DNA of 62,926 nucleotides, filler included, from Ionaspis alba (GCA_964255285.1; 11 parts of 11 records of this genome joined end to end with filler, not necessarily neighbours in it), one strand, 5' to 3'. Numbered from the whole stretch's first letter, positions 11,558-26,130 are shown. Made by a program: numbers and translations. The notes: generated by a model from the sequence alone, not told the origin.

Positions 11558-14135
11558 GGGTAGGGTTTGAGGAGACTAAGGTTGGGAATGTTAGTCGAAG
11601 TTGGAAGGGAGCTGGTGAGGATAGAGGAGATGAGGAAGGAAGGGTAGTAAGGGAGATTGATGAAGGCCATGGAAGCGAGATGTTGGATGGGTGGAGAGGG
11701 AGAAGAACTTACTCTTAGCTTGGATGTCAGCGGCAGTGGGGTTGGGACCGAGCTGGCGGGAGAGCTCGAAGATCTGGTCGACGATGTAGTCTGTAAGGGT
11801 CATGGACCATGCTGTGATGCCGACCATGGATTGATAGACATCTCCATTATGTCAGTGCGGTCAACTGGCTGCGCTGCTATCTTCAAATTGATTTGTACTT
11901 ACCAGGTTTGCTGAGCTCAGTCTCGCTTCCTTGGGCGCTGCTTGATTTGGCGAAGGCAAGGAAAAAGGTAAGGGAGATTATGCGGAGACTCGTCATCGTC
12001 CAAGCGAGCTTAGAGGATAATGAGCGGGTCTCGTTGCGGCCTGTAAAGCCTAGGGCGGCTTGCAAGCTAAGACCACGCTGGAGTGTTTGGTGCCGGAGGA
12101 GCTTGTCGGATTGAGGGTCCAAGACTCGGTCAAGGTTGATCTCTAGTACTCGATAAAGCTCACTGAGGAATTCGGTCCTCATCTTGCTGCGAAGGTCTAT
12201 CGATTCTGGAGATGTGTGGCTGGGAAGTTCGTGCAGGAATTGCTGCATCACCATGACCAGGTCATCAGTGTTGTTGTTGATCACTGCTCCGATGGAGTTA
12301 TGGAGGACAAAGGCCGCAATTATCTTCTCCAAGAGATCTGTAGACTCATAAGCAATCGCTGATTTATGGTCGTCGCATAACAAATTAAAGACATGCCTTC
12401 TTCCTGGACCGCAGTATCTGCATGCATCATTGCCAATTTAGGTTCATATTCTGCCCCAAAAGATATTTTGACGCAAGCATTAGGCGACAGAGCGGTATAT
12501 AAGCCTTTTATAGATCAGCAGCTATTTCGTATCATACGGAGGATGTTCAAGGCTTGTAGACTGAAGCAAGCACTCACAAGGCTCCGTTTCTCGGAACATA
12601 AAACCAACCTGCACCAATCCCGATGCTTTGTTCATTCCTTCGTCGATTGCAAGATACTCCAATGATCGAGCTCGAAATTCTATGCTGCCATCGCTAAACG
12701 CAAAAGCGAGCATGGTGCTGAGATTCAGCTGATATACTTGAAGCACTGTTCTTTCGATGCGAATGTTATCGGCCCTCTTGAGCTCCAAGCTTTCCTGCTA
12801 GAGCTTTAGCAAAAGTGTTGGAGTGAAACTGTTGTCTATAGACTCGTACCTTCGACTTCTTGTTTGAAGAGGAGTTCGTTCTTTTAGAAGCCAGTTGACT
12901 GAAGCTCGGATGTGTAGTCAAATTCTCCATCTCCAAATCCCAGGTTGAAAGAATGCTGTATGCCTGACCTCGGAGCTCCGCGTTGCTAAATTGGTCGGGG
13001 ACATGAGAAAATACAGCGAGAAGAGTCGGACAGGTGGTCTCTTTACTGTTTATTTTAGGAGATGGAGACAATAGTGCGAGGTGAGAAAGATGTATATCGG
13101 ATGTTGGCACCATGAACATATCGCCATTGCTGTCCATCGACTGTACTGTCGGACTGCAGCCGTTGATCATTCCCACATTCTGTAGGTTTATTCTTGGGAG
13201 CGTAGTTACTGGATCCTTTACGTTGGGTTGCTGCCAAGCTATACGCACTCTGTATAATCGTATTTGTTCGCTGACAGTGTAAACCGCGAGCAGAAGAGAA
13301 TCATCTAGATCAATGCGTTAGCAAAGCTTAATTCAAGGCTTCAATTTCCTACCTTTATCAGGACACATCGAAGCATGAGTTAAAAAATCAAGAGATGTGG
13401 AGACGCCGTCTATTTCATGTCTTACATCGTGCCATTGCCCGTCTGGTCCTTGAAATGCCAATCTCAGGCTGCCGCTTCTGGTGATTGTTACCAGGGCAGT
13501 CTTGCCTGAAGGATTGAATGGACCAATCACATTATATGGCGTGAATGAGTATGTCCACCGACCATCTTCCTTTATTCCTGGTTGATGAAACTGAGTACCG
13601 AGCTGCCGCTTGCTGTTCAACCATGTCAAACCGACGAGAGAATTTGCATGGTCTTCCGGATCAGCATTCCAGGCCTTGATTGGAGTAAGTCGGTTGATAA
13701 CAATATAAATCGTAAGAATGGATAATCGACCATATATATCGACGACAGCCAATTCAGTTCCAGAGGGGCTCCAAGAGATATGAACCAATTCGCGACCCTT
13801 GTAGATTTTGGTTATCTGCTCCGCTAACATAGAATCTTCATGGGTCTCATGAAGCCAAGAACTGGTCGCTGGATCATAGACCAAACTACCCACATGTATG
13901 CCTTTGCCATCTGGGGTGATATAGGCGATGCAGCCAACCTTGGACCACGCCAATTTTCTGGGCGCAAAATTCAGAAAAGAACAATGTTTGAAGGATTGGA
14001 CTTGACGTACTGACAGCAGCGGCTGGATCGAAGCTCATCTAAACGCTCTTGTAGGCCTGGAGGGTTGGGCACCGAGGGCGGAAGGCTCAGAGGATCCGTG
14101 AACAGGTCATCTAGATCGTCCATGATCATGGGCAT
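11558..14135 (-). CDS. MED16: Mediator complex subunit 16 (Sin4); multi-exon, 3' partial
   Basis: MPMIMDDLDDLF...GLQERLDELRSSRCCQ/KIAWSKVGCIAYITPDG, WSPSGTELAVVDIYGR, LAFAFSDGSIEFR and LSPNAC. At least seven introns restore a continuous frame. Confidence 0.88.
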
Positions 14136-15086
14136 GGTTCTAGAAGGCAACAGTAGGCCTTGAGGCACGATCAAATGACCACTGAACTCGAATATAAACA
14201 AAAAGAAGAGCAATCAGAATATAGGTATAATATAATGTACGGAGAGACTTTGGTCCTGAACTAGATGCAATTTAGATGCAATCGGGTCGAGGACTAGGAG
14301 GGGTAGCCTTATTGCTTGGCCTGATATTCAGGTACCCGATGGCCCCGACATCTGCCACCACACGAGGGAACAAATCAAAAGGATCGACAATGCGACCATG
14401 ACACGGATGCGCTGCAACAATGACTTGTATTACCAAAGGCCGCAGATTGAACAATCATATAATACTGCTTCATCAAGTCTCTACCACGGATATCGTGTCA
14501 TGCAAGTCAGGAAGATAGGCGTGAGTAGAGCATGCAAGCACGCCGGTCTAGATCATAGTTTGCATGTTGGGTTCTGGCCAGTAAAGAGCGAGCCGACGGA
14601 ACAGATTGTATGCTGTAGAACAATAGTGGTCGCACCTGAAGATTCAGACATTGAAGAGAATAGAACGTCGTTTCTAGAATATGAGTAACAATAGGTCAAT
14701 AGGGCATGTGTGGAATAATAGCAATAAGAATATAGCTGGTCATTAGGGGACAATAAACAAACAGATCAACAAGCGGCTGAACGACTGACGGGGTGTCAAC
14801 CCCCGCCCACATGTTCTCCGCGCATCTCGCTTCCCTCAATAGACGCTTAGCACATTGAAGGAGTGACGGTCCATGGCTGCATGCGCAACAACCTCGAACT
14901 TGTCCTCCCTCCCTCGCCATCCTCCACCTCTCTTCATCACACATGCCTCAACACTCGATCGCACTTTCGTTCAACACCAGGGCCCACAGAATGTGCTAGT
15001 GTATGTATATACATGAGAGGCAGCTGCAATCCAGAATCTCACCGATTATCTATTCCCTTTCGTATCGTCGAGCTGCTTCTTCAACC

Positions 15087-16939
15087 ATGGACGACGAAAG
15101 CAGCTTGTCTGACTTGTCCTCCGACCTCTCCTCCGACCTGAGCTCAGTCCGATCACTGTCTCCAACGATGGATTACCCTACACCGCCATCATCGCAAGGT
15201 AACGAGTCCAACGATGCTTGCAGCCAAACAGAATCGAAGAAGCGCACTCTTGAAGAGGGAGACGCGCCGCTCGCGAAGAAGAGGAGAAGGGTCGAGCCAA
15301 AACCCAGAACAACACAGTATCTCGATCTTACCGCTTCACCGAGCTCAATAGCCACAGAGCAGAAATCGCAAGTTGATACTTTGCTCAAGGTCTTGCGGAA
15401 GCGCAAAAAGATCGTGGTGATTGCAGGCGCAGGAATCTCCGTCTCTGCTGGCAGTACGTGTTGTCATCTCTGGACACTTTTGCTGCCCAATCGCTGACCC
15501 AAAACGCAGTCCCCGACTTTCGAAGTTCTACCGGACTTTTCAAGACCTTGAGAAGTGAACACAAGCTCAAAGCTTCCGGCAAGCAATTGTTCGACGCTTC
15601 GGTATACCAGACCAACTCATCCACTTCATCATTCCACGATATGGTGCGCTCGCTATCGCATCTTGTGAGCACAGCCAAGCCGACCGCGTTCCACCAGATG
15701 CTCTCAACGCTTGGGACTGAAGGCCGGCTTCTGCGACTTTACACTCAAAATGTGGATGGGATAGATGTTGCATTGCCTTCCTTAGAAACGAATGTACCGC
15801 TGAGCGCAAAGGGACCTTGGGCGCGATCGATTCAGCTTCACGGAGGATTGGAGAAAATGGTCTGCTCGAAATGCAATCACTTGTCAGATTTCGAACCTGC
15901 ATTGTTCGATGGTCCAGAGCCACCATTATGTCGCGTCTGCATCGAGACAGACAAGGTGCGCACTGATCACGCTGGAAAGCGAAGTCATGGAATTGGGCGA
16001 CTACGACCTCGTATCGTTCTCTACAACGAACATAATCCAGACGAGGAAGCGATAGGAGCGGTGATGGGCTCAGATCTGAGAGCACGACCAGACGCTGTTA
16101 TTGTCGTCGGTACAAGCATGAAAATCCCAGGTGTGAGGCGCATCGTGAGAGAAATGTGTGGCGTGGTAAGAGGACGACGAGATGGATTAGCTGTATGGAT
16201 CAACCAGGACGGACCCCCACCAGGCAAGGAGTTCGAAGACTGCTGGGATCTGATCGTCAAAGGTCCTTGTGACGAAGTTGCCCGTCACTGGAATGAGGCT
16301 GGGAATGGATATACTGATTGCACGGATTCTGATGTTGAGCGGGCTAAGCAGAGGACCGGTGAGCTCAAAGTGCTTGTTGGGTCTCAGCAAGAAAAGATCG
16401 ATGCAATGCCTACGCCAGCTCCAAGTCCTCACATCAATCCCTTGGATCAGCGCAAAACTCCAAAGATCAAGATACCTATTACTGCATCGTTGCGCAAAGC
16501 GATGGAAGCGCAAGGCAGCATGAGGGCTGGACCACAAAATACCAAACTCTGCACCAAAGCATCCTCGAAAGCAGGTACTACGAAGCGGCCTGGTCGACCA
16601 CCTAAGAATAAACCTCCCCAAGATTCGAAGATCGACCAAAGATTCTTCAACAAGGTTACCAAGCCCAGCCACGGGAAACTGAGCAAGTCGAAACTACCAA
16701 AGTTCAACGAAGACGATCTCTCTCGATCTGCACCAATGGAGCCACTATCTCCTTCCGCAGCGCGCAACAATGGTCCTCTCTACGTTCCCTCTACACCAGT
16801 ATTTCCAAATCTCGGAAAATCCACTACGATTGACACGAAGACTGCTGAAGATGAAGGTAAATGGAGAAGGCGGAGCAGAGAGACGATTTCTCCGACAGGG
16901 AATGTTCCAAAAGATATGCTTAGACTCTTAGACGGATGA
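15087..16939 (+). CDS. HST4: NAD-dependent histone deacetylase (sirtuin), Hst3/Hst4 class; intron 15454-15509
   Basis: GAGISVSAG/IPDFRS across the intron, YTQNVDG, QLHG, CSKC...CRVC zinc site, RPRIVLYNE and VGTS. Confidence 0.85.
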
Positions 16940-17317
16940 TTCTGGTGAGGAAGGCTGTACGAAGAATACGGTTATGCTCTATTGTACTTCTTTGGCATTG
17001 TCTGTTGCTGGTAGTGCATGAGTTGGAAGATACCCCTGGTGTCGCCTGTTGGATTTGTGCTCGGGGAGTACACTGTCCATAGTCAGGGAATGTATGACTT
17101 TTGGCGTTTGGGGTCATATTGTGAGATCTAGAGCAGCTTCTGGCTGGATGGAATCTAGGCTAGGAAATGTATGCATATGATGGACTCTTTTCGCATCTGG
17201 CCCGTTCCAACGCTCAANNNNNNNNNNNNNNNNNNNNNNNNNNNNNNNNNNNNNNNNNNNNTTAATTAATTAANNNNNNNNNNNNNNNNNNNNNNNNNNN
17301 NNNNNNNNNNNNNNNNN

Positions 17318-20300
17318 GTGTTGCAGCTCGGGCAGGATTGGGGGTGCGGCGTGCTGCTCGGGGACGACGACGATGTCGGCGGCTTTGGTGGAGTGCAGGG
17401 TTTCGTCGATGCTGGCGATGCTGGGGCCGTTGGTGGCGAGGGGTGGACTGTCGATTGAGGGCGTGCGCCGTTGCTTGCCGATGTTGTCTAGAGGGGAGAA
17501 GTTTGGTCGTTTGTTGGTTGAGGGGCGGAGACCGCGGTGGAAGGCGGGGTGCGTGGGCATGTCGGAGGGAGGGGAAACTTCGGGTTCGGGGATGGGTGCT
17601 GACATGGAGCGAGGTAGTTCCATTCGGACCGGTTGGTAGAAGGCGTCGGGGAGTTCGGGGACGGCGGGGATCTCGTCGACCTGGCTGGGGTATTTGGGAT
17701 GGCGCATGGCGCGAGGTGTCGCTGGGAGGCCGTATGGTCCAGTGCTGGACGCGCGATCGACGGGGCTGAACTCGGTGCTGGTGGAGTCGCTTGTGTATTG
17801 TTGGGGAGAAGTTACGCGAGACCAGGAAGACGTCGTGGGGCTGTTGCTGAGGTCGGTTTGAGCTCGGGATAGAGTATTTGATGGTCTGCTTGGGTTGGGG
17901 ATGGTGGAAGGAGATGGGATCATCGGTACTAGAATTCGTTGCGAAAGGGATTCACGACGCGCTTCGAGTTCTCGTGCTGCCATCTCCTTCTTCAATGTTC
18001 TTTGAGACTTAGTACGATGCAGAGATTTCTCGTTTCCGTCCGATGGTACTTTCTCACCATCAGAGGTCTTCTGATCGGTAGAAGAGTCGTTCTTCTGCAT
18101 AGACTCCGTGCTTTGACTCGGGTACGGAATTCTCTCTTCCGGCATTCTTCTTCGATCTGGAGATACCTCACGACGTGTAGAGGCTCCTCGTTCTCTCGGA
18201 CGCCGGCTTGTGCTCCGATGAGCGGACCTCAATCTTTGACGGTTTGCCTCAACGAGTCGCATGGGATCATCATCATTGTCGCTTGCTTGATAGGCCTTTG
18301 CAGGAATTGACATTGGAAGAGGCGAGGATGGAGATCTTGAAGCCGATCCAATGTGCTTGGACTTGCTTCGTCCACGACTGCTCATTGGGCTGAGAAGAGT
18401 ATCCGGACTTCGCGCGCGACTGCTAGCCATGGACTCATTACTGGCTTCGTTGACCAATAGATGCTCCATCGAGACGCTCGGTGATCTTCTTCGTGCCGTT
18501 CGATGTGACCAATCGGACGTCTTAGACTGAGATCTGTTCTTGGAGGCAGCCTTTCTTTGATGACTCTGTGCTCGGCCGTGAGTAGGAGCTCCATCATCGG
18601 ACGAGTCACGAGACAGCGAAAGTGTCGAATCGATACTCTGGCTGTTGGCATCCCGATACTTCTGAAGATCCTCCGGTGACATCGGAACAGGAGACGACGG
18701 AGATCTTTTGGCAGGCCGGATGTATCTCTGTCCACCTCGTCCTCGATCTTCCGATTGCTCGCGATACCTGCCTTTATTCCGCGAAGTGTGTTCAGCTTCC
18801 CTCGAGACGTTCAATCGACCGTCTCGGCTCCGTTGAGTGCGACGCCGAGTGTCTCTCTGTTGATTCTGGGCATAATATTGAGCTTCTTCGAGGCTGCTGA
18901 TATACTGATCGATGCTTCTTCCGCTCACACTAGGGCTTTTAGCAGATGAGCTGAAACTCTGTCCGGTCAAAGGAGGGCTCTTGGTGTCGTTTTGGAAGTC
19001 GAATCTACCAGAAGCGCTGCTACCCGAATGAAGCGATGCTGTGTTCGATCTCCGATGCTTGGAGCGAGGAGAGTCTCCGGTGGCACCCGTAACGTAAGAT
19101 TTCAGGTTTACTTGACTGAGGGACGGCATATGAATATGGAGACCATCCGGCTTCCTGTCTCTCGAACCGTTTCGTATCCGAGATCTATCGGTCAGCGCGG
19201 CAAATCTGTCCTCGTTGCTACTGGTTGGCACCCCTTTGATCGCAGTCGTGGGAACAGCAGTTTGAGGTGTGGCATGCGGTGTGGCGTCTACTTCCGGTTC
19301 GTACCTTGCCGAGCTCAACGTTAAGGGTGCGTCCTCTATCATTTCAGGTGCAGACGTAACTTCCAGTGTCTTGATCTCAGATTGCATCTCCTTCTCCCGG
19401 TCAGAACCAGAGTCGTTTGGCGTTGGTAAGGCACCAGGTCTTGTGATTGGGAAAGGTGGTGGAACAGAATCGATTGGAGTCTCGCCAATGGAAGGCAAGC
19501 GGTTCCTAGTATAACCTCCAGGAGTCTTGACCGCAAGATTGTTTCGCGTACGTAGTTGTGGTCTGAGATATGTACTGGGAGTACCACCGGGTGACAAAGC
19601 TGACTCTGCGATTGGCGTAATCCCTGGAGCATTGGTTGGAGTACGATCTTCCGACAGCAGTCCCGGGAACTTGAACTTGGCATCCGCTTTCCCGAATGAT
19701 GTGATGAGTTTCAGGGAAGAATTCTTTGTCGTCATTCGGGATTGACCAGATTGTTGGTTCGGAGGTGGCGAGGTTGGCGGACTGATGACCTGTGGCAGGC
19801 TTGGTGGTGGTTGACTACCAGTAAATGGTGACTGTGTAGGCGAGGCCCAAGGTAATGATGTATCGACACCTGTACACGAAAAACAGCGGATGGCGAGATG
19901 CTGTTGAGAATTCTCGACAACATACTCGCCCCATCTTCGGACAAGATGGGCTTGTCGTTCCCACTCATCAGGGAAGAGTAGGCAAGTAAGCAAGATACCC
20001 TCCATATAGAAACACCGGGAAACATAAATCTCAACAGCATCTTCCCGATCTCCCATTCCCAGTAGTATTGTAGCTGCTGTGTGGATATCGCCTTGTTGGA
20101 GTAGCTTCTGGACGAAAGACTGGCCGAGTTGCTTGCTCGCGGCTCCTTGTCCGTTCATCTGGCTCAAGGCAAGTAACATCCAATCGGTCGTACTTATCGA
20201 CTCGGATCCTATTGCAGCAGCCATTGTATCGATGTTGACCTCACCAAGCCATTTCGAAAGCAAAGTAGCATTCATCGAGCCTGGCGCGTGATGGCCGAGC

Positions 20301-22154
20301 TCATCACGAATCATATCTTCGATATCGCCATCCCATCCAAAGACAACCTGAAGCATCTGTCTTCGCAACTCGCTCGCGGAAAGCTTGGTCTGATCAAGAG
20401 CTGGAGGCTGTGCGGAATATGGAAGACTTGAAAGACGAGCTCTGGCATGTGGAAAGAGATCGACCAGCTGCTGCTCTTCGGGACTGTGAAGAACTTCTTG
20501 ACGAAGTCGAGATCCGCCGCGAGATCGTCGCCCTGACGATGCGACAGAGGCTGTTCGTGGAAAGAACGGAGAAGCTACACTGTCTCGGCCGATCATTGAT
20601 GGTGCAAAGGTCGAAAAGGTCGTGCCGCTACCTGCTCTCGATGACACTGAGGGAGCTCGATGAGGCTGATATTGCCCAGCCGAAGATCTCGAATTCACTG
20701 ACTCGGTCCTGCTTGTCGTTGACAGAGGACTACCTATTTCCGACCTTAGCTGTCGTGCATGTTCGATGGCTTGCATTTCCTCTGAAGCGCGCTGGATGGT
20801 CGAGAGTGACTGAGGTCCTCGTGCAGCTTCCTGGGGCCTGAATATAGGCACTGGCGGAGCCGCTCCAGGGATAAAGTGCTGCGCCATTTTGGGGGTACTT
20901 TGGGACGAAGACTGCTGAGGAGGAGGTGGTGACATCGGAGAATGCCGGACATTCTTGACCAATGCTGGAGGATTCAGATCGTATTGCTGTACGGAATTGT
21001 CGGGTCCTAGAGAGAAAAGCGTTGCCGTTGGACCATAGTTCGCCAACGCCGTCACACCCTCGATTGTCGGCACTGGTTCGTAAGCCACATGTTTCGTCCG
21101 TACATCCCATGACCAGGTTTCGCTATGGGATGCATTAGCATGGAATTCAGAACATCGGACTATGCCATGTAAGATTTGCATGAACTTGTCTCACCCTTGA
21201 GAGAATTGTAGGATTCGGCCGTTCTTCGACCATGATATCCAGTTGAATCCAGCCTCAACATTGTCTCCTCGCTTCAATATCCTTATGACCTTCGGTGCCT
21301 CTGCACTTGCTGGCTTACCGACACTCCAGACCTTGAGATCGCCGTCGGCGCTTTGCGTCGCCAGCATGTCCGACTTCTGCTTGCTGGAGGATGCATGCCA
21401 TGCCAATCCTACGATTGGTGACGGTGCACGAGAGGTCGATAAGGTGTGTAAGACCGTGAAGTTAGGTTGGAGAGCTGCAAGCAGGATCGAACCGTTTTGG
21501 TAGCTTGGTATGAGTCAGCACTTGGTTCATTCGTGTCTCGAATCGAGGTACAAACCCTATCGCATATGTCTGACAATCCGCGGCAGGTGCTATCGAAGTG
21601 ATGGGATCGAAGATAGTCCGTACAGATCTGTGTCCTGACGTAGAGGGTTCGAAAAGTATAACATTGCCTTGTGTATTTCCTACATGCCGTCAGCTCTTCC
21701 ATCCGCTACGACAACAACGCCCCAGCCCGGTGTAAGCCATACCGAATGCAACGCTCCCATTCTTCATCCATGCAGCGACCTTGATCTGCTCATATGATGC
21801 AAACCGTGCAATCTCATCCCCGGTGAACAGATCCCACACAATGGCCGTCCTCTCCGCATCATAGCTAACGACCAACCGTCCAGCACCCCTCTCGCTCACA
21901 TTGTCTACCGATATCAGAACAACGGCTTGTTTATGTTTCTCGAACCGGCGCTCAACGGCCAATGTGTCGTGGTGTAGGCAGAGGATGGATTTGCCTTGGG
22001 CAAAGAGGAAGAGAGAGGCAGTAGCGGCGCATGGCTGGTCCGGTTCGATATCGAAGGAGGTACTCTGGATGCTGACGGGTGTCATGGACCTGTTGATGGG
22101 CCTCGACCCCGTGAAGGAGGAGGTACGATGCCTTGCCGGCTGTCCGGCAGACAT
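17318..22154 (-). CDS. Large WD40-repeat protein with central helical (Gemin5-like TPR) region and long low-complexity C-terminus; 3' partial; three introns
   Basis: WD signatures AIVWDL, DGDLKVWS, WSWD and DNSVQQYD. Helical block GDIHTAATILLGMGDREDAVEIY...EGILLTCL...WGEY...AIRCF. GT-AG introns near 21741, 21555 and 21195. Confidence 0.7.
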
Positions 22155-23324
22155 GGCGACGGCGGCCCGCTCGATTGCAGTCTGCTATATGCTGATATCA
22201 AGTCAACTTGTGGGTATGTATCGGTTAGGATAAGATGCGCTCGGGAATATGCCCAGAGTCGCCTGATCGCATTGCATCAACCGACGCGCAGGAAGATCAG
22301 TCCCAGGAGATAGTGAAGTGCTAGAATGATGGGGCAATTGGATCTGTTTCAAGGTCATGGGGTGAAGGAGGGACAAAAAGGCAACGTACCCGAAGAGTGG
22401 GTTCAACGGTGGAGGCTGGTATCACCGAAACCCGTACCACTCCTGCTTGCCACAATGCTGCAGACCCTGAGAAATCCCAAATTGGCAACCGAAACGTTCC
22501 GGGGGGGACCTGCAGGGAAGTCAAAGCACCGTGCCGTGAATGTCTCTTTTTACTTTTAGTTTCCTTCCTGCGTGGCAGCGGCGGCTAAAGTTGGATGTGC
22601 TTCACTTTATGCAGGCGGGCGCCAAATGCAAGGAATGTCTGGGGGAGTGATTGAGAAATAGAAAAGACAAAAATGAAATGCACGAGAAATGTAATGGAGG
22701 GGGCCAGGAATATCCGGGGGAGTTATTATTAAAGGAGGGCAATGTCGAGGATTGATTGCGGCCCATGCAAATGATGAAATGTGGGATCCTATGTGGGATG
22801 TATATTCGCGCCGAAGTGGTGATCAGCCAAGCAGGGCCTGGCGCTTCAGATGCAAATCCAGAGCCTGGTAGCTGGTACTGGTAGCGATGGGCCCAGAGGT
22901 CTATCACGTTTGCTGAAAAGGGATCGGCAGGAACAGTCGTGAGCGAAGTGGTACGGATTGCATANNNNNNNNNNNNNNNNNNNNNNNNNNNNNNNNNNNN
23001 NNNNNNNNTTAATTAATTAANNNNNNNNNNNNNNNNNNNNNNNNNNNNNNNNNNNNNNNNNNNNGTAACACTGCAGGTTCATCTCAGACCAAAAGTGGAC
23101 TAAATACATACACTAGTCGGGTGAACTAGTCTGCCAAGCCCACCGATCACGTGTTCTGCCCTCCGCCCTAACAGCTTGCAACGCACGAATATCATTTGTT
23201 TCTAGCGAGTGTAGTATAACGGAAATAGCTCAGCCAACTTTCGCAACATACACACATCATCGTCTTCTGCAGAATTGTCTTCGGGCATAAAAGAAGGATG
23301 CCCCATTCGAGACACTTGAAAATC

Positions 23325-23714
23325 CTACTTCGGCGGATTGTGTGCTCCATTCCTGCAGTGGCATGACTCACACCCGCCTGGTTTGCAATGTGTATCGACA
23401 CGCCAGATGAAATTGGTAGTGCCCGTGACGTGCTTACACACCAACTAGAGAGAGCACCAGAATGTTAGTACACATGTAGAATGAATCTTATAACAGGCCA
23501 ACGTGTGAACGGATAGATCAAGCTCGGGGGTACTTACTTTATTGCCATCATTTCCAGGTCCACATGTAAAGGACCCCTCATTGGTTGCCTCACAGGAGTT
23601 GCCTGCGTGTTTAGGACCGTTGATACAGATGGCACTCGCGGGAGCGGGAGCAGCCTGAGAGATTGGAAGCGATATCAGGGCAAAGGCAACAGCAAGAGTA
23701 GTTGTGATCTGCAT
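23325..23714 (-). CDS. Small secreted cysteine-rich protein, 98 aa, 8 Cys (exons 23714-23538 and 23444-23325)
   Basis: Signal peptide MQITTTLAVAFALISLPISQA. The 93-nt intron has GTAAGT, TACTAAC and TAG signals. Exon 2 reads LVCKHVTGTTNFIWRVDTHCKPGGCESCHCRNGAHNPPK*. Confidence 0.8.
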
Positions 23715-23840
23715 TGTGACTGTCTTGATGGTGGAAATGGAGGTGACTGTGATTCCGAAGTGTATCTCAAGAAGTAGATGGCTTAAGAGGCAGATGGCTG
23801 AGGTTGATGAGTAGAGAGAAAAACGGGGAGAGTTGGGGGC

Positions 23841-23848
23841 TTTTTATA
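23841..23848 (-). promoter_or_regulatory. Putative TATA box of the small secreted protein gene
   Basis: TATAAAAA on the minus strand about 130 nt upstream of the ATG, followed by a pyrimidine-rich tract. Confidence 0.55.
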
Positions 23849-26130
23849 GACAATCCGGCTTCGTTCGCTTGTATGGAAGCAAGCAATGTCAATAGTCTTA
23901 TCCCGCATCGACAAGCTGCAGGCAGCCTGAATAGAATCCAATCAAGACCCGAAGGATGATCATTCCTCGAGCCCCTCCGCATGAGCGCTTCCATCTCTCT
24001 CTCTCCGCAGTGATACCGTCCAGTTACCAGTGAATTGAAAATCGAACTAAGGCACTGTGACTGGCACCACCAACTTATTACGAGGATGTCGGTTTCCCCG
24101 CAATTGGTTGGGAAGCTTCCCAATGACGACGTGGATGAGGCAATGCCTATTATGTCTGCAGCCCTGCACAGTCATTTCTGGGGAAATATGCAGAGCTTCT
24201 TACCAACTGTTGGACTCTGTGCTGCCTTGAAATTATTGGTTAAACAAAGCCGATGTGATCTGTTGATGTTTCAAGACCGCGGCCTAGAATCGAGATTGTG
24301 ACTGCCTATATCCTGGGATAGATGTAGAGTTCGATAGCGAGCCCTGAACATATAGGCACTACGCTTGGATGTGCTGAGGTGGCGGCGGCACGCTTTGTCC
24401 TGTTATTGGCTAGCGAAGTCCAGAGTCGACAAGAAATGGAAGCCTTTCATTTTTATACGGGTTGGCTATGTCGGATAAAGCGGGATCGATCCTTCAATTG
24501 AAGAGCTATGTTTCCATGCCGCAGCTGATGGGGATGGCTGCAGCAAAAGCGATGGGAGTTCAAGTATGTTTTTTCCGCTGATGAGTGGTGCTGTCTGCAG
24601 ATCAGCATAGAGGCTCTAAGCAGTATTTTGTAGCGTTGGAAGTCGCGCTGTCCCGTCGGCTGCGACATTGAGATGTCGATCGACAAGAGAGACTGTCATC
24701 AAAGCAGGTGTTGTTCAGATCCAGGACATGTCGTTGGATGAGCATTTACTTCCGTATCGGGCTTCTTGGCAGTGGTTTCGGGGTCTTGGCATCTGCGACT
24801 CAAAATGGAAAGCAAGGGATTGTTTCAGACTTTTTTTAATAACGTTCAGCAACCACCAGGTATTTCGCCATTTTCAGAAGTCTTCAAGAAATTGAACAGG
24901 AACACTGAGACATTCGGCATAAAGAATGATCGAGATCGGAACCCCTCGCGCACAATATCCAATTCTTAGATCAAAACTGATACAAAGGTGTAAAAGTCGT
25001 AGCTCCAATCTGATTGGACAATTGAGCTCTTAAGAATCGCCAAAAACGGACATAAGATCTTTTACACTGAAAAGGTGGTGCTGGATTTTAGGGACCTGAA
25101 GAATTGTGAAATGTCAGCGCCGCCGTCGGTCTTGGACAGCATACGCTGGTTGTACATGCGCGATCTAAGAGGACGCTCGGTCAGTCGAGCCTACTATGGA
25201 ACTAGACACTGGCTGCAGCCTTTGTCCCGGGCTGGGCCACAGTACTGCATTGGGCTCAGCAGCAACAACAGCCCTCTATCTTACAGCTTGACCTGATTTC
25301 TGCAATTGTCCCGTATTCCGGAGAAGACGCCATTCTCGGGAGCAGCTTGCCAAGTCAACTAGCGGCCTCGACTTGCAGGTTTACTGTACCAACACAAGCG
25401 GCGTATTGACGTCGCAAATATATCGACCCAGGGACGAGTCGGCTGAGGATTTATGAGAGATGTTGCACAGAGAACTCTACCTGAAGATGAAGTCAGCATC
25501 CCCACATTTGAGAGCAAATGCGGGGATGCCGGGTTCTCGGGGATGCTGAGTCTCCACCAAGGAGCAAGGTAATCTGTCGAGAGCACTAGCATCAATGTCC
25601 CAAGGGCCTCATCGCCATGCCGACGAGGCGTACCTTGCTCGCTAGCCAGGTGGGTGTGACGAGTGTGTCGAAGAGGGCATTGTGGGAACCAAAGCGGCGA
25701 GGGAATAATGGCAGGTCTTATACCTACATACGTATACCCTCCGGAACAGAAAGGTTAACGGAACATACTTTGGCCGAGGCGTGAATAGGTGATGCCGCTG
25801 CTTTACCACAGCCCAAAATCAGGCAGTGGAGATACATGCCAAAGTCGCCGGTGTATTCCCGGGATCCCCGTCAAGGATGAGCGCCGACCCGCCCGTCGCG
25901 CGACGCGGCTGATGCTAGGGTGAGCGTAAAGCGGCCTCACCCTCGTTCTTGGCTCGTGAGAATCATCGGAGAATTCAATTCGCTGCCCAAGCTATCAATC
26001 AGCCCGTCATAGTCGGAAGAGGAGCTCATTCTAAGCCATTGAGACCTCTTCCTTGGTGCCAGCATCCTCCACACTCTAGCTATTGCAGTAGCCACTTCTC
26101 GACTGCAAATCCTTACTCCCCACTGCGAGC

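Noticed and set aside
24340..24640. Intron-like signals (GTATGT…CTGAT…CAG) between the small secreted gene and CIA1
   Set aside because: I could not build a coherent ORF or recognise a protein. At most this is a gene relic.
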